64,000 nucleotides of DNA. Origin: Spizellomyces punctatus DAOM BR117 (taxonomy: Eukaryota). The stretch lies in the NCBI GenBank assembly GCA_000182565.2, contig KQ257460.1. The stretch is one strand, 5' to 3'. The stretch's first letter is position 1, and each line of letters begins with the position of its first letter. Shown here in pieces: positions 1-13,210 of the stretch. The notes under the pieces are model-generated. The model was not told the origin of the DNA. It ran no database searches and saw nothing but the letters and a program-made list of their open reading frames with translations. The position numbers were made by a program, and so were the translations under genes.

Positions 1-2160
1 TTCAGAAATGGACACGGTTGTTCGTGCTTCTCCATTTACCATCATCTTTTCAACAGCGCGATGACGTGCTGACGGCGCATACAGCAGAGTGACGCCGGTG
101 CAAGTCATTACAATGGAAGTGACCTTGGCAAAAGTCTCGTGGATGTAGATAAAAATAAACACCATCGGACACCTGGAGTGCACTTGTCTATTCTATGGCT
201 GAGCTAATCGGCGCATGGATAGACCGCTGAAGGTTGGATCGTATCAGCGCTTGTAGGAGTAACTGGCATGTTACCGTAAAACAGGACATGGTTTTCGGAC
301 ATTTGATAAGCCATTCAACATTTCTCCCCCAAACGAAGCCAATGCCAGCGGCCATCAAGATGGAAGGAAAATGGCACTATTTGTGATTCAATTACAGGGC
401 AAGGGACTCTTTCGGCCTTTGTCTGCTTATGTAAAATTCATTGAGTGAAAGAGCCTAGTTGAGGCGGCCTTTGATTCAACATTGCCCTTGTCGTAAACAA
501 GACCAAGCCTGCAAACGATGGACTCTTCGTCTGCTCATTTTTTAACACCAAATCTGCAGCATGTGCTTGGGAAAGTTGCCTACAGTGTCTGTAGATGGAG
601 AGACGGTTCCCGCTGACTGATGTGGGCAGCTGAAATGGGTAATGAAAAGAAACTCTTGATCACCAGCCTAACATGCAACGTATTCGTCAGGCACTTCAGA
701 AGGCGAGAACAAAAAGTAATCGGTGACCGCCCGTCGCATGATGCAAAAGCGCTAATTATTTATTTCCGTTTGCAGCCCGCAGGCAATGTAAAACCCACTG
801 CTGGTGCGGGCGGGGAACGTTAATGCAGGTCACTGTTGCGATGTGTATACATGCGCAAGGCTACAGCTTGTAAAACTAAGTCTACTATACAAATACATTT
901 ACATATCCTAACCCTAAGAAAGCTCCACCGTTCTCTTCGTTGAATAATTACAACAGGGCGATATTGAGGCCGACGCGAGAGGCCCTTTCGAATTTATATG
1001 ATACCAAGTATTTCTCTGGGAAAAAGGAAAAGTCCAGGGGCCTTTATGGACAACAAAGGCCGGACTACGAGGTGGAAGCGTGATGATGAATTCTGCGAAC
1101 TAGACGATGATGTCCCGAACCATGACTTGGAGTTTGCGCCAGAACGATATATACAGTACTATCAGCAAAACTTATGTAATATCAGGCAAGTCTCCCGATG
1201 CCGAACCGAGAAGAGGACAAAAGCTACACCCTCGCCCCAGTTATATCTATTGGATACTCAAAGCGCAAGAGAGCGTAGTAGCGGCAATCCGATAGCAATC
1301 TATTTGACAAATGTGGGTCGAGGATAGCGCCCACAGCGTATTGAGCCTATTGCTGTGCTGACCAAGGTAATTAGGATTTACAAAAGTCCGATGCGCTGCT
1401 GGATGAATTGATTAACACCGGAAGTACGAGAAGCACGTTCTGCAACTGTAAGCAGTACTATCGAATTAGGCACTTGTGCTATACGTGCTTACCTCCTTGT
1501 GCTCTCTTACCAATAGATGAGATTCGGGCCCTGCGGTCTAATCTTAACTGGTTCAAGTTCTCAACTCGGCACTCAAGGCAAACGGCAGCAGATCCTGCGA
1601 TTACAGTTGACCCATTGTCATACACAACAATCGCTCCCGCTGGCATCCAACCTGGAGCTTGCGTGCTGCCCGCGATTTCATCATTCGATCGTCCATACAT
1701 CCATACCAAAGATGGCACCATTCTTGATATGCATTGAACCATAAATTGGAAATAGACCAGCAGTTATGATAGCCACCGATAATGGTGCTCTGCATAGAAT
1801 AAGAAAGTTAGATGACAGATCCTCATGTACTAAGCCACTCGAAGTGCTTATCAAAGTGTGCTGCACGTCAAAATTCAAGAATTCCACTGACCTTCTTTCG
1901 CCCAACCAATCTGCACATTTCAACACTTTACGCAATGTTTACTGAAACGAATTCCAGACCTGTAAGTATGCATCCGATGAGTTAGGTGGATGGGTGGACA
2001 TATTTCCATGGGCCAGCTGCCATATTCGCTCACACCCGGAATTCTTCTACATATCCAGCATCAGCAAGTCAGAACTTACCATTGGTGTTTCCAACGCTGT
2101 GTCGACAGTACGGCCAAGTTGCTATCTTGTTAACCAGGAGCTAGGACCTGTTCTCCGCAA

Positions 2161-4354
2161 ATGCAATCTCCACCCCCCCGTGCCTTGGCTTCTCAAGAGA
2201 GCCCCAGTCTTCAGTGCTTGCCTCCAGAGACCTTGGCCGCAATCGTCCTACCGCGAAGCGATCAGCTATGTCCAGACTTTGCAACTATTGCCCGTGTTCG
2301 CGCCGTTTGTCGTTCACTGAATGAAAAGCTCCCTTTGTCTCTTCTTGTGGGCGCTTTTGTTCGGTGCATTTCCTATGTTATCTCAGATGCTGGTCGTGAG
2401 AAATGGCGTTCGAGCGCTGGCCGTAAAGAGTGGCGCCAGTGGCTGATTTCGCGTGGAATCCCCTTCTCCCAATATGAAGAAGACGTGGACAATGATTCCG
2501 AACCGGAAATATATTACGAGGATTGGCCTGAGTCACCAAGGGACGTTATCGAAGAAAAGTTGCGTTGCGCATTTCGAACCGTTCTGGTAGATATCCTTTT
2601 CGAGCTGCGTAAGGCGGGTCTGTGGCGGATTCAGTCGTGTACATATGGGGGGTTTTCCGTGAATCCAACCTTTACTCTCAGCGCCGGTGCAGAGAGTGGG
2701 TGTCTAGAGCTGGTGAAGGTGCGGAAAATCAATGAATTCGCGCTCATGTTTGCATTTCACCATGAAATTTCGTCATCGCAGAATTTACATCAAGATCTCC
2801 TCGATCTCGGCTGCTTTTCCATATATTCGCGCTATAGTGAGTCAGAGAGTAAGGTTCTCCATCTATTAAATGGTCTGTTAAACAATTTATTCACAGATAT
2901 ACGCAGTTACTGTGACTGTTTGAACGCAGCTCTTGGAGCAGGGCATATGGAAATAGCAGAATATTTCTTTCAGCACGTGCAGGAAAACTCTACTCGTACG
3001 AAGCGTGAGGATTTTATGTTTTTAAGGACAACTACTGTGCGGCTATGGAGAACGCTGCCCGGTTAGGCTGGCACGACTTTTTGCGCTTCTGTAGCAAGCA
3101 GGGCTTCTCCCTTGATGTGTGCAAATTCGACAATGACAAGCATGGTGGTGCATTATATGTCGCCGCTGTTACCGGACGCTACGATACTGTAAAATTTATC
3201 TTTGATCAAAACGTATCCGTGGTGGATCCCAATCATGCTTTAGCCGGAGCTGCCGTGGGCCGTTCACTCGAGATTGCGAAATTCGCGATAGAACATGGTG
3301 CTCAGGTTGATAGTTTTCTCGACATTGATCATATGTATTGTCGGTCGCCGTTGCAGCTTGCAGCGCGATATAGCCATATTAGGCTTGTTGAGGCTCTGAT
3401 CGAGAAATGGGGAGCGGACGTGCATCTTGGACCAGGTCCGCCTCTACGTCATATGGAAATGACCAACTGGACGGATCAGGCGCTAGTAGAAGCGGCGATG
3501 CATGGGCATGGGGTGGTTACCACTTACCTGCTGGAGAAGGGTGCCGTAGTCAACCGTTCCTATGCAGGACATGTTGCATTTCATACATTCTCATCTGAAA
3601 GGGAGCCCAAGCTTACGGCTTTGGCAGGGGCGGCGGAAGCTGGGCATACTGATGTTATACGAATACTTCTTGCAGCTGGGGTGCGCGTCGACGAGTATAA
3701 TGAATGGGCGCTTCGTGAAGCTGCGCGGTGCGGTCGGGCTGAAGCAGTTTCTATATTGCTGGATGCTGGCGCAGATGTCGAGCCGACAACAATTCCACAG
3801 CACAAACCGTTGACTCTTGCATGTACCTCAGCGAACATTGAGGTCGTCTGTAGCATCAGACAGCGGGGTGCAAAAGTGACGTATGCAAGTCTTGGGATGG
3901 CGATAAGGGGGGGGAGGGAAGTCGTGGAAGCATTGCTCAACTCTGGTGATCACCCTTTCTTTATGTCTGAATTGTACCGCGAACCTTTGAATGAAGACAT
4001 TAAGCAAGGCCCTATGTTCCTTATTCCGGAAGGGTACCCTCTTCGCAAAGCTGTGTCCAGTCGTCGGCCAGACCTTTTACCGCTCTTGTTGCATAAATAC
4101 AAAGCTGATATCTGTTGGAAGGGCCATCGGCGCTGGGTCTTGCTCTGGAGTTAGCGGCCGTGAATGAGGATGAACCAGTGCATGCAGAAAGCATCAAAAT
4201 TCTTTTAGATACTGGAGTCGATGTCAATAAGAAAACAAAACAAATGACGGCCGCGGAGCTTTAAGAGGATGACCCTAGATTGGCCCAAAATTTACCAAAG
4301 GACGTACTTGAACAGCTCTGTCAGCAGATTGCAACAACCTCTCCTAGTTCCTGA
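2161..4354 (+). pseudogene. F-box-like plus ankyrin-repeat protein, disrupted by two frame changes and a late in-frame stop
   Basis: N-terminal F-box-like pattern LQCLPPETLAAIV...IARVRAVCRSL. Many ankyrin repeats (ALYVAAVTGRYDTVKFIF, SPLQLAARYSHIRLVEALIE, ALAGAAEAGHTDVIRILLAAG). The frame changes near a T5 run at about 3019-3023 and again near 4120, where another repeat (ALELAAVNEDEPVHAESIKILLDTGVDVN) continues in a different frame through a TAA at about 4262. Confidence 0.75.
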
Positions 4355-5159
4355 AAGTGATCATGTGTCTGGACAGGAGAGTTACTCTAGAATTGCACCT
4401 AGTTATATGATAGTACTATGGTAGAGTGATCTACACTATTGAAAGAAGGTAGAAGGATAGAAGGATATTAGTTAACCGAGATCAATGGATCCAGTGCTTC
4501 TACACATTCAAAACTAGATATCTACGGAGGATTGCAACTGATAACAATTATACGCTATCCAATGTTCCAATAAGGATAGAACTCCAGTGTGAGAAGTACA
4601 GAGGGAAAATGATATTGAGGAGACTGCATCAAAATTGTTTGTGATTTTTAACGGGTAGGTTTGTTCGAATCAGCACCGTCTGGGCATTGCTATGTAAGTC
4701 CACCACACCACAAAGAGCTCCAATTTTGGTAGAAACACAAGCTGAGTAAGTTGGAGACTGGTAGTTTTACGATTGCTCTATATGCAATCTTACGTGCAAG
4801 TCCATCTTTCCTTTTATGCCAGTGAGTTCATGCTGCACCCAGTCGATTAGACCGAAACGCTGGATGGAACCTCTCAACTAGCATTGAGGTTCTGTCGACC
4901 TCGCTAAAGGTCAAGATGCCCCGGTACCCAACAGAGTTCCTTTTCATTCTTTGGGTTACATCATGGGTACTGCATGTAAGCTGCTAGCTGAACAATGTAT
5001 ATGCAAAGACAGCTTTGACATTGTCAGTCACCAGCTTATGCCATTTTACATACCATGCTCCATGTCCGATGATGAGCAGGCTACCAGCCGATCTCAGGTC
5101 GTGGACATGCAGGACGTGCGACCGCCTATTTATGTAATTTCCTATTTTTCAATTCTAAT

Positions 5160-6790
5160 TGCTAAAGTGTTCCCCATGAAGCCGGCGGCCCGTAAGCCTT
5201 GATGGATTCAGTTCTAAAGACTCCAGCGGAGATTACCGCTTTTCGGAAGCCCCACAATGCCTCTTGCAATTTCAAAGTCGGCATGGAATCTGGGTTCTTA
5301 TGATTTTCTCTGGAGGCTTTGAACAGTTTTGTCATGGACATTCTGTTCTGTGATCTCTTATTTGATATCTGGGTAACAAACGATCCCACCCTCTCGTTTG
5401 CATCGGCATTCAATGCCACCGCGCTGGTTACCGATGAGCTTGGGACATAACCTCCAATTCATCTTGCTTTTTAACTGCCCAGCGTCTCTTCCTATATATC
5501 CATCCTTCCTTCTCCAAATGCCTAACCCTAACCATGCCGTCGACAAACCATTGTTCTCCGAATACGTCTCGAGCTTGCTCCGATAATCAAGCTGCTGAAT
5601 GCTGAGTTGGTTCATCAAATTGTACTGCAGCCCATGGTTGTCCCTGTTTCCGTACTAATAGCTTCACTTTAAAAAAGTATGCGCATTTCGGAACCATGTA
5701 TGCGAAAAACAGAAGGCGTATCCTCCGTGCCAACTACCAAGTTTCCAATTGCTAGAAAGAGGTCCAGTTCGGAGTAAGGTCCGTGCGCACTTTGGCCTCT
5801 TCGCACGGTGGCACAAGGCAACTTCCAGCTGCAATTCTTACTGCTTCAATATCATATCGCCAAAGTTGTTCTTCAACCGAGAACTATCATCCCCTTTGAC
5901 TGTTGGCGATTGTTTAGCGAGAAGCATAAGAGTGGTTATTTTCCCACCAATCACTATTCATTCTTATTATGCTTCCGATCTATTATGTTCGAAATGGCTC
6001 TCTTCACCTCGCTGATGATTTTGTTACCACGGAAGTCGCCTTGGGCGGCACTGAAGCTTCCAGTACTAAACTGATTTGAACCCCAAACCTGGAAGCACCG
6101 TCCACGGGACGGGACGTATATGATGTTATGTAAGTTGCCTGAAATGGCATCTACTGCTGTCAAAGTTATACATACATAATAGGTCAGTCCTACGTCCAAC
6201 GCGGAATCGGGAATTAGCATGCGGACTTTAACAATCGGACGATGCGCCCCACTCTCTCGCTGGGTGTGCTTTTCCAGCTCCTCCGGAACCGTGACTAGAC
6301 CTGTTCTGACCTCGTAGCAGTATCACGCTGATTGTAAACTGAGTCTTCTGGCCAGACAGTCTCCTCTCACCTCAGAACATTACCAATATCCGGAATGGAC
6401 TTCTGCAGACTTATTTATGCTGATGCAGCATCGTCTTAGCAACATGAAGAGTGTATCGTTGGATTCCACGCCCAACACCATTGCGAAGACTCGGAGACTT
6501 TACGAGATAGCATTCACGGTCCAAGCGAAATTGATAAGAGCATCTTTGACAGTCAACCCTGCTTTGATTGGCTTCAGGTGGTGCAGCCGGCCCGTTCTCC
6601 AACACGTTTCTTTATGCAATGTCATTCCAGAAAAGCCAATGAGCATTCTTAGGGCTTTATCTTCCTGGGTTTGTGCGGCTACAACAAGCTCCCGCATTCA
6701 AAACCATACTTTGGTGAAAATGCGCGGGAGTCTAAGTGGCAGCTGCAGACGTTCCTTGGGTTGATGCTTCTTATAGCCTGTATCTCTTTC
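5160..6790 (-). pseudogene. Probable decayed protein-coding gene of unknown family
   Basis: A chain of protein-like minus-strand fragments (ORFs 6500-6697, 5954-6220, 5358-5618, 5162-5419). One frame reads through isolated stops (...FTKVWF*MRELVVAAQ...NAIS*SLRVFAMVL). No family recognised. Confidence 0.3.
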
Positions 6791-6959
6791 TATCTTTAGA
6801 AAATGATTTTTGGTTTCCGCTTTATCCTCTTCGACGCAGGAGGCGTGACATTTATCCTTCTGATTCTACATGAAGACCCCGTCAAAATCCGTATTTTAAT
6901 TGCTCAACTTTTACGTCTGTAACTACTGCCGATTGGTACTAGCCCCCATTTATGCCCGC

Positions 6960-8890
6960 TAAGAATTAATCCAAAATGTTTTTTGCCCCTTCACCTGCCC
7001 TGCTCACCGATGCGTCCCCACAACTTCTTGAGTACGTCGTCTAGTAATCATTCCCCACCAAAAGCTCGGACGATGTCATTTGCAACCCTTTGGCAACCGG
7101 TCCCTCCTTTGCCAGATTGCCGTGGCATGTATCCAGGACCAACGCCAGAATGTCCGCCCAGGCGGAATGGACTGCATGCCACAGCCCCGACGTTGTTTTG
7201 CGAAAAATGGACGGGATGGTTTGCTGCGACGGCATCAGGAGCGATCCGTCGCAAAACTGGAACGGACGATCAGAACCTTCCAGCAATGCTTCCACTGCCG
7301 GTGTTCCGTGTGATTTGGCTTCTTGAAGTGCTTCAAAGGCAAGGGTTTTCCAATGTCTCATCAGACGGATCGCTTCGGGGTTACTCGAAGAGCATGCCAA
7401 GTGGATGGCTGTCTGCTCTGGACGAATAGTCAGGCTCAGAATTATGAATGCACCAGCGGCGAGCAGGATGTGCATAACCTCCATGTGTCCACCTTTTCCG
7501 GCCCCTGAGATGGCAGGTTCTTCTTCGCTCGCGAGCGCAGAGTATCCTTCGCACGAACCGTCGACATTGGCACCTATTTCAAGAAAGTAACTCTCGATTG
7601 CTGCCTGCCCATGCAAAGCTGCTTCAACTAAAGAAGAATCGCATATAAGCGGGAGATGTACAAGACTTTTATAGAGGATTGTACTCTGTTACCTAACGCC
7701 TGAAGAAGAAGAAGGGATCCACTTGGGCGCCGACATGCTCCATCGCCAAATCTGCAATCTGGATGGACCTCCCAGGGTACCTCTGTCTAAGCGCATGACA
7801 TGGATTCGAAAACATGTTTTGGTCCTAGATGAAGCGTACCACATCCATGCGCCCGGGCGAGCAGCGGCGTACAAAGGCCCCGTCTTGTCTGTCATCGTGG
7901 CCCACGGGAAATTGAGGGGAAGGTTGAGTCCGCGGCAGAATCCAAGAAATGTATGTCAACTGACATGGGCAGCAATCTGAACAGTTGCACCGAGGTTTGC
8001 GGTCCGTTCGTTGATACCGGCATGAAAACACTACAACTCATGTAATCGAGAAAATAACTGATATTTCCATATGCTTCGCTTCACGACCTTTGTTGAGCGA
8101 GTTGAGGTATTATTCAGAGCCACGTTTCGAAAGGCATTCTTGGGATCAGAAACATCCTTCGAGTGCGTAAGACCATCAATAGACAATTAACTTGTGACCT
8201 TCTCAAAGGGGAAGTAACCAGACCCAGGAGATCCAAATGCAGGTCCTGTGAAGACCCCGCCTGGTCAAATGAAATTCACAGTTCTCGAAGACTGCCCACA
8301 CCCCTTTACCAGCTCTAGGGAAAAGGGAACCGCTTTCATTGCAGGTGACCAAATTTGGCACAGGATATAGGTCACAACCATTTGTGGTGTGAGATGGGAT
8401 TGGGATCTGCCATCACCGAACATATCGTAAGCGACCGAGGAGTTACCGTAGACCGCTACGGATTACACAAATAACCTTTTTTTTCGATAACTTGCGCAGA
8501 CACTCTTCAGGGAAGAGAAGAAATGTGGTCATTTTACAGTTCAAAATCTTCCTCTTCTTGCTCCTCCTCCTCCTTTTCTTCTTGTTGCTGTTCGTCTTCA
8601 GATCTGGAGAGTCGTCCAAATCATATTTTTCACCGCCCTTTTTTGTTTCCGCAACCATTGATGCCATTCATTCCGACCAGCCCAGGAGGTAACATAAGCA
8701 ATATGCTGGACAAACGTCCAAGCCAGCGGTGACAGAGCAGCCTTTGCACGCAGATCACAACATATCACTCGAAGACTGCCAACCACGCTGACATCAGGAT
8801 GCAGTTGGTAGCTTCAAATCTCGGGAGGGAAGGACTGAAGGCTCGAGGATCTTTAAGCATGGACTTAAAAGTGGCCGAGACAGGGTCATT
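6960..8890 (-). pseudogene. Heavily decayed paralog of the F-box/ankyrin gene at 2161-4354, in inverted orientation
   Basis: Collinear matching fragments: LRVICCDLRAK vs VRAVCRSLNEK; AYVTSWAGRNEWHQWL vs SSAGRKEWRQWL; an acidic tract; FPEECLRKLSKKKVICVIR vs WPESPRDVIEEKLRCAFR; MHGQAAIESYFLEIGANV...GHMEVMHILLAAG vs MHGHGVVTTYLLEKGAVV...GHTDVIRILLAAG. Many frameshifts and stops. Confidence 0.8.
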
Positions 8891-9849
8891 GCTTTGCAAG
8901 CGATAGGAAAGAGGCTCGGAATTTTCCCCATTTCCGTACTAACAGGAAATCTCATCATATTATGATGAAGGGTTAGGAATAGGTTTAATCCTTGCTGTGC
9001 TGCGTTCATGGAATAAAGGTTCTCGGATTCCGAGGCTTTCAGTGGCGTGCTCAGAGAATAGATGTTCCAGGATTCTGGGGCCCGGGATTCCATGGCCGTT
9101 TCTGACCAGGGCGAGCATTTCTGGAAATTCGACGGTTCCCAGTGAGGTTCGCTGAGATGATGCGGTCAATATTTGACCAGGGAGATGACGGACGCGCGAT
9201 TCGGCTGCCTGCCTAATTCTATTTGCGAAATGGGACACCTCTCCAGGTAGGGGCAGATTGGTTGAAGATTCGTGAGATCAATGGGGAAGGAATGATCAGC
9301 ATCTTTCAATAAAAAAAAGCAATTGGCCCTGCAACCGGATACCGTTCAATCAGGGAGAAAAGACAACGGCGACAAATAGGGTTAGAAAGACTATGGCATT
9401 CCGTGCTGAACTTTCCAAACAACAATGCCACTGTGCACCTGCAGTTTGTTGCGGGTCCTGGACACCCAATCTTGCTGTTAATTACTGCTTACGCTTGCGA
9501 TGGGCTGGACCAGCTTGTCGGCGACAAAGTACCTCTCCTCAAATCCAACGGCCCCGTAGGATTTTGGTTTGGGTTATTGGGCAATTTCCGAAATGAGAAG
9601 AGTTCCGCGGCCGAGTGAAGACTGGGACAAACTCATCCGCAACGAGGAAGTCACTAGCCAGATCATCTGGTGTCGCGCAATATTCATTGTCCGTTGGCAG
9701 ATAGCAGATCCTCATCATCCTTCCACAAGCCTTTGGTAAACCGCTGATGTAGACCCAGGGGCTCGACGCCGTAGCGGAAAAGTACTTGGTTTTGTAAAGA
9801 GCCGCAAGAGCCTCCCGTGTTGGTCACAAGAATCTCCTGTCATAACATT

Positions 9850-11000
9850 TCAAACCTGAGAATGAGGCTGCTTGGATACGGCCTGCCCGCACGGGCGTCG
9901 CTCCGGCGCTGGACGCCCGTTGGATGAAGTCCGATCTTCTAGTTTCGAGATGAGGAGCTTGTTTTTCCTTGCTGAGTGGGCCAGTAGCGTCTGGAATGGA
10001 GTATTACCCGAGGCTATGTAATCCAGATCAGCACGATCATTAATAATTGGACACAGTGACAGTAGGAAAGAGGACTTGCGGTGACAGCATTGCGAGAACC
10101 CTGGGTAAGACCCTGGGTAACCACTCATTCACATACAGCGGAGCCTGGGGTTTCCCAAATCCGCGCTCAGCATCAAGTGCTACGAGCAGAAAAGTGTTGA
10201 GATTGGATATCGCGAGCATGGCGACTAAACGTTGTAAATCTGGCTACCTGAATATCCGTGTAATGATCGAGGTCCAGATGTGAAGTAACCATTTCGTCAA
10301 TTAGCCAATTGCACTTTGCTCCATTTCCCACCGTACTTTGTAGGACGGTGACGAAAGGATCCCCGCAATGTTGCTATCCATACCTCCATCAATCATTCGA
10401 CGGTAAAGCTTCTTCAAGCGACAGTCTGCTCTGCGCATAACCAGGTCGTCTGTATAATAGCTTTCGCTTTCGTCTAGGGTAGACTCTTTGCATCTTCAAA
10501 GAGCAACCAGGAAAGATCTGTTCATGAACTTATTTGAGGGCGGAGTGAGGGCATCTAAAACTCCCTTGATCCTCCCGCTGTTACATCCAACGGTGGGTTT
10601 GGACTAAGGGTTGACACCAAGGGGAAGGGCCTGAATGCTGGGAGAACGCTGGCAGGAAGGACAGCAGACGACGCTACGAGAATTCGGTTTCCAGGGCGAC
10701 TTCTGCAGCGAAAGATTTCCCCTTGAGAATTCCGGAAAAGATTGGCGGGTTCCACAAGCACTACTTTTGAAGCGTCCACCACAAAGTTGCTGTCAACCGT
10801 AACAGCAGTTGGCGAGCCTAAGCGGCTCTCTCGATGACGGCGTATTTTAGAGTTTCAATACACCTTGATAGGATCGGCGTCAAGCTCCTTTCTCAGAGAG
10901 ACGGTGACCTAGGTGACTTGATACCTGTAGGAATCAACTGAATTTTCTGGAGGATAGCGAAAAATCTCGCCAACTTGGAGATGATTGTAAGTACGTCAAG
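9850..11000 (-). pseudogene. Decayed ORF of unknown family
   Basis: Long protein-like readings broken by scattered stops, e.g. FLVAL*RCKESTLDESESYYTDDLVMRRADCRLKKLYRRMIDGG...EQSAIG*LTKWLLHIW...FR*PDLQRLVAMLAISNLNTFLLVALDAERGFGKPQAPLYVNEWLPRVL. Includes ORFs 10555-10782 and 9850-10128. Confidence 0.4.
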
Positions 11001-11824
11001 CATAGGCTACCAATTGGTGACCAAAAAGCATGCTACAATTTGCTGCTTTTCCATAGCGGGCGCATTCATCAACTCTTGACGCATGCATCTCCATTCATAA
11101 TTTCGGTACGGTGCCATGATAGTTGGCGGAAGCTTGACAACGAATTAACAGTTTGGCTCATACTTCCGAGCCTAAGAGCGGTCCAAGCTGCTGTGTGCAC
11201 CGACGTTAGCTAGAGTATATTTATTTTAGGTCTAATGCGATATTGGACGAGATACCAATTAAAATATCCAATTACTTATCTTACACATATTACAACTATA
11301 TCTGCTCACTCAAGTTGTAGGTGAATATCCTTCAACCTTTCCTCCTCGCGCCCAGCAAGCACTCGGATAATGGCAGCCTCGTCTCAGGATATCTATGTAA
11401 CATACTGCGCTCACGATACGTCCCATTACCCCCACAACCTGCACGACCATAATAAGCTCGCATATTCAGAGCCGCCCATCTCACTGACCTCCACGCAACA
11501 CTGTATTAACTGAGCCAGCCGACCTCGGTGAATGCCATGCAGATGGTTTGTGTTCTTGCAATAGTTGCCCGCTTTGGAACGGTTGAATGAAGTGTACCGT
11601 TCTGCAGGGCGGAATCCTGCCCACCGGGTGTCGACGCCCAAGTAGTAGAGGGTTTGGTAGATTACTTCGTTTAGGATTACTAGCTGTAGTACGTGCTGGT
11701 GTCATAACGCTACAGGCTATCCTAGACTAACTAATAGCACGACCTGTGATAATGTGATAAGATTGCCCTCAGCGGACTGGGTAATGTAATATAAGAAACA
11801 TCCGTAAAGTCAAACTGTCTAATC

Positions 11825-12776
11825 CTAATTCTCCATCTTGCGGAAAACAAGAATAAAGTTGTTAGCAGGCATATCTTTGATTTCCTGCAATGACAACCCA
11901 AACTTTGCAAACTGGTCGGCGACGTCGGCGATGTCGCGAAGTCCCCAGTCAGCATTTCTGAGGCGCAACTTTTGGTCGAACTAAGGTTATCCGTTTTAGT
12001 TTCCTACCGAAAGACAAATGAATCACTAGGAAAAGCGTGCTACCTCTTCATTGCTTGGAGTCGTGAACTTGCCATCGCGTTTGAACGGGCCGTATATTAT
12101 GAACAGACCCTGCTCGTTTGGCAGCAAGGTTGGTATGTTTTTTGCCACTGCCAAGGTAACATCCCACGGAGCAATGTGGAGCACGTTGCCCATGTACACC
12201 ATATCGAAAGCCCCTTCTTGGGCTACGAGAGAGCGTGCTTGGGACCAGTGTTCATCTTGCATCGCGTTCAATAAAAGTGGCGGAGCAACGTTCGCAAAAT
12301 CCTTAACGTAGCTCCTTATCGATGCCAAAAGAGAAGGATCGTCGATCTCGGAGGGTTGAAAATGGACAGAAGGGTAGGCTTGTGCCCAATGAACGACGTG
12401 TTGTCCTGATCCCGATGCGAGCTCTAGGACTAAGAACGCCAGATCGGGCTTCATGTTACGACCCACGAAGGCAACACATGTGCAGATGCAAAAACATACC
12501 TCGCGTGGCCCGCTGAAGGTACGGAGATATCGTCTCTAGAATAGGGTCCTTGTTTCGTTCGGCGTAAGGGTAAACTATGCGGGGGTTTTCCGGGGTTGCG
12601 TTCACGTTCTCGTACATATTGTGAGCGTGAAGGTTGCTTGCCTTCGTCGAAGTCATGTTGCGTCCTGAACACGAAAACAAAAGGGAGAAAGACGACCTCG
12701 TCAGCTGGCGCGTGTGAATGTTGAAAGCTGCCAGGCGACTTGGGGAGCTACAGAGCCGTCTAGCAATGAAGAGCAT
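11825..12776 (-). CDS. DUF938/UPF0585 (METTL26-like) SAM-dependent methyltransferase, 3 exons
   Basis: Family motifs AERNKDPIL, VLELASGSGQH, YGPFKRDGKFTTPSNEEFD...WGLRDIAD and MPANNFILVFRK. GT-AG introns at 12430-12499 and 11981-12043 join the frames. The start could instead be the ATG at about 12656. Confidence 0.9.
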
Positions 12777-13210
12777 CTCAACCCTACACAGCGTCACCCC
12801 GTTGGGCGGCCCACGAGTTGGAAGTCGGAGCTCTCCGATGGCACAGCCACAGAAGATTGCGCAGCCAAAAAGCTCAGCAGAAAGTTACCCCACACTATAT
12901 CGTTAAATCGCCTACTTATTGGGAGACCATTATCGGTTTTTTTGTAATTGGATGGCCAACGTTTTTAATACCTTTTTGGCTAAAATCTCTTTATCAACAT
13001 CCGTTGCATTGTGTGAATAAGCCGGTGCTTGCCTGGCAGCTGGAACCAAAACAGATAGGCTCATCGCATCAAAAAGAGACAACTAGAGAATGTGCCTTGT
13101 GTGCAGGAGTCTAGTCAATGAGTATTGCATTCTTAATACACTTGATAAACAACCCCTTTCCTACTGTCAACTATTACAATAATGCATCTATATGCTTGTA
13201 AAGATCGACT

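Noticed and set aside
1681-1935. Kinase-like look of VHEDLSSNFLI...DVWT on the minus strand
   Set aside because: No DFG, APE or Gly-loop, and the spacing is unconvincing; probably chance.
8545-8600. TCC/TCT microsatellite-like tract
   Set aside because: It encodes the acidic EEE segment of the ankyrin pseudogene on the minus strand.
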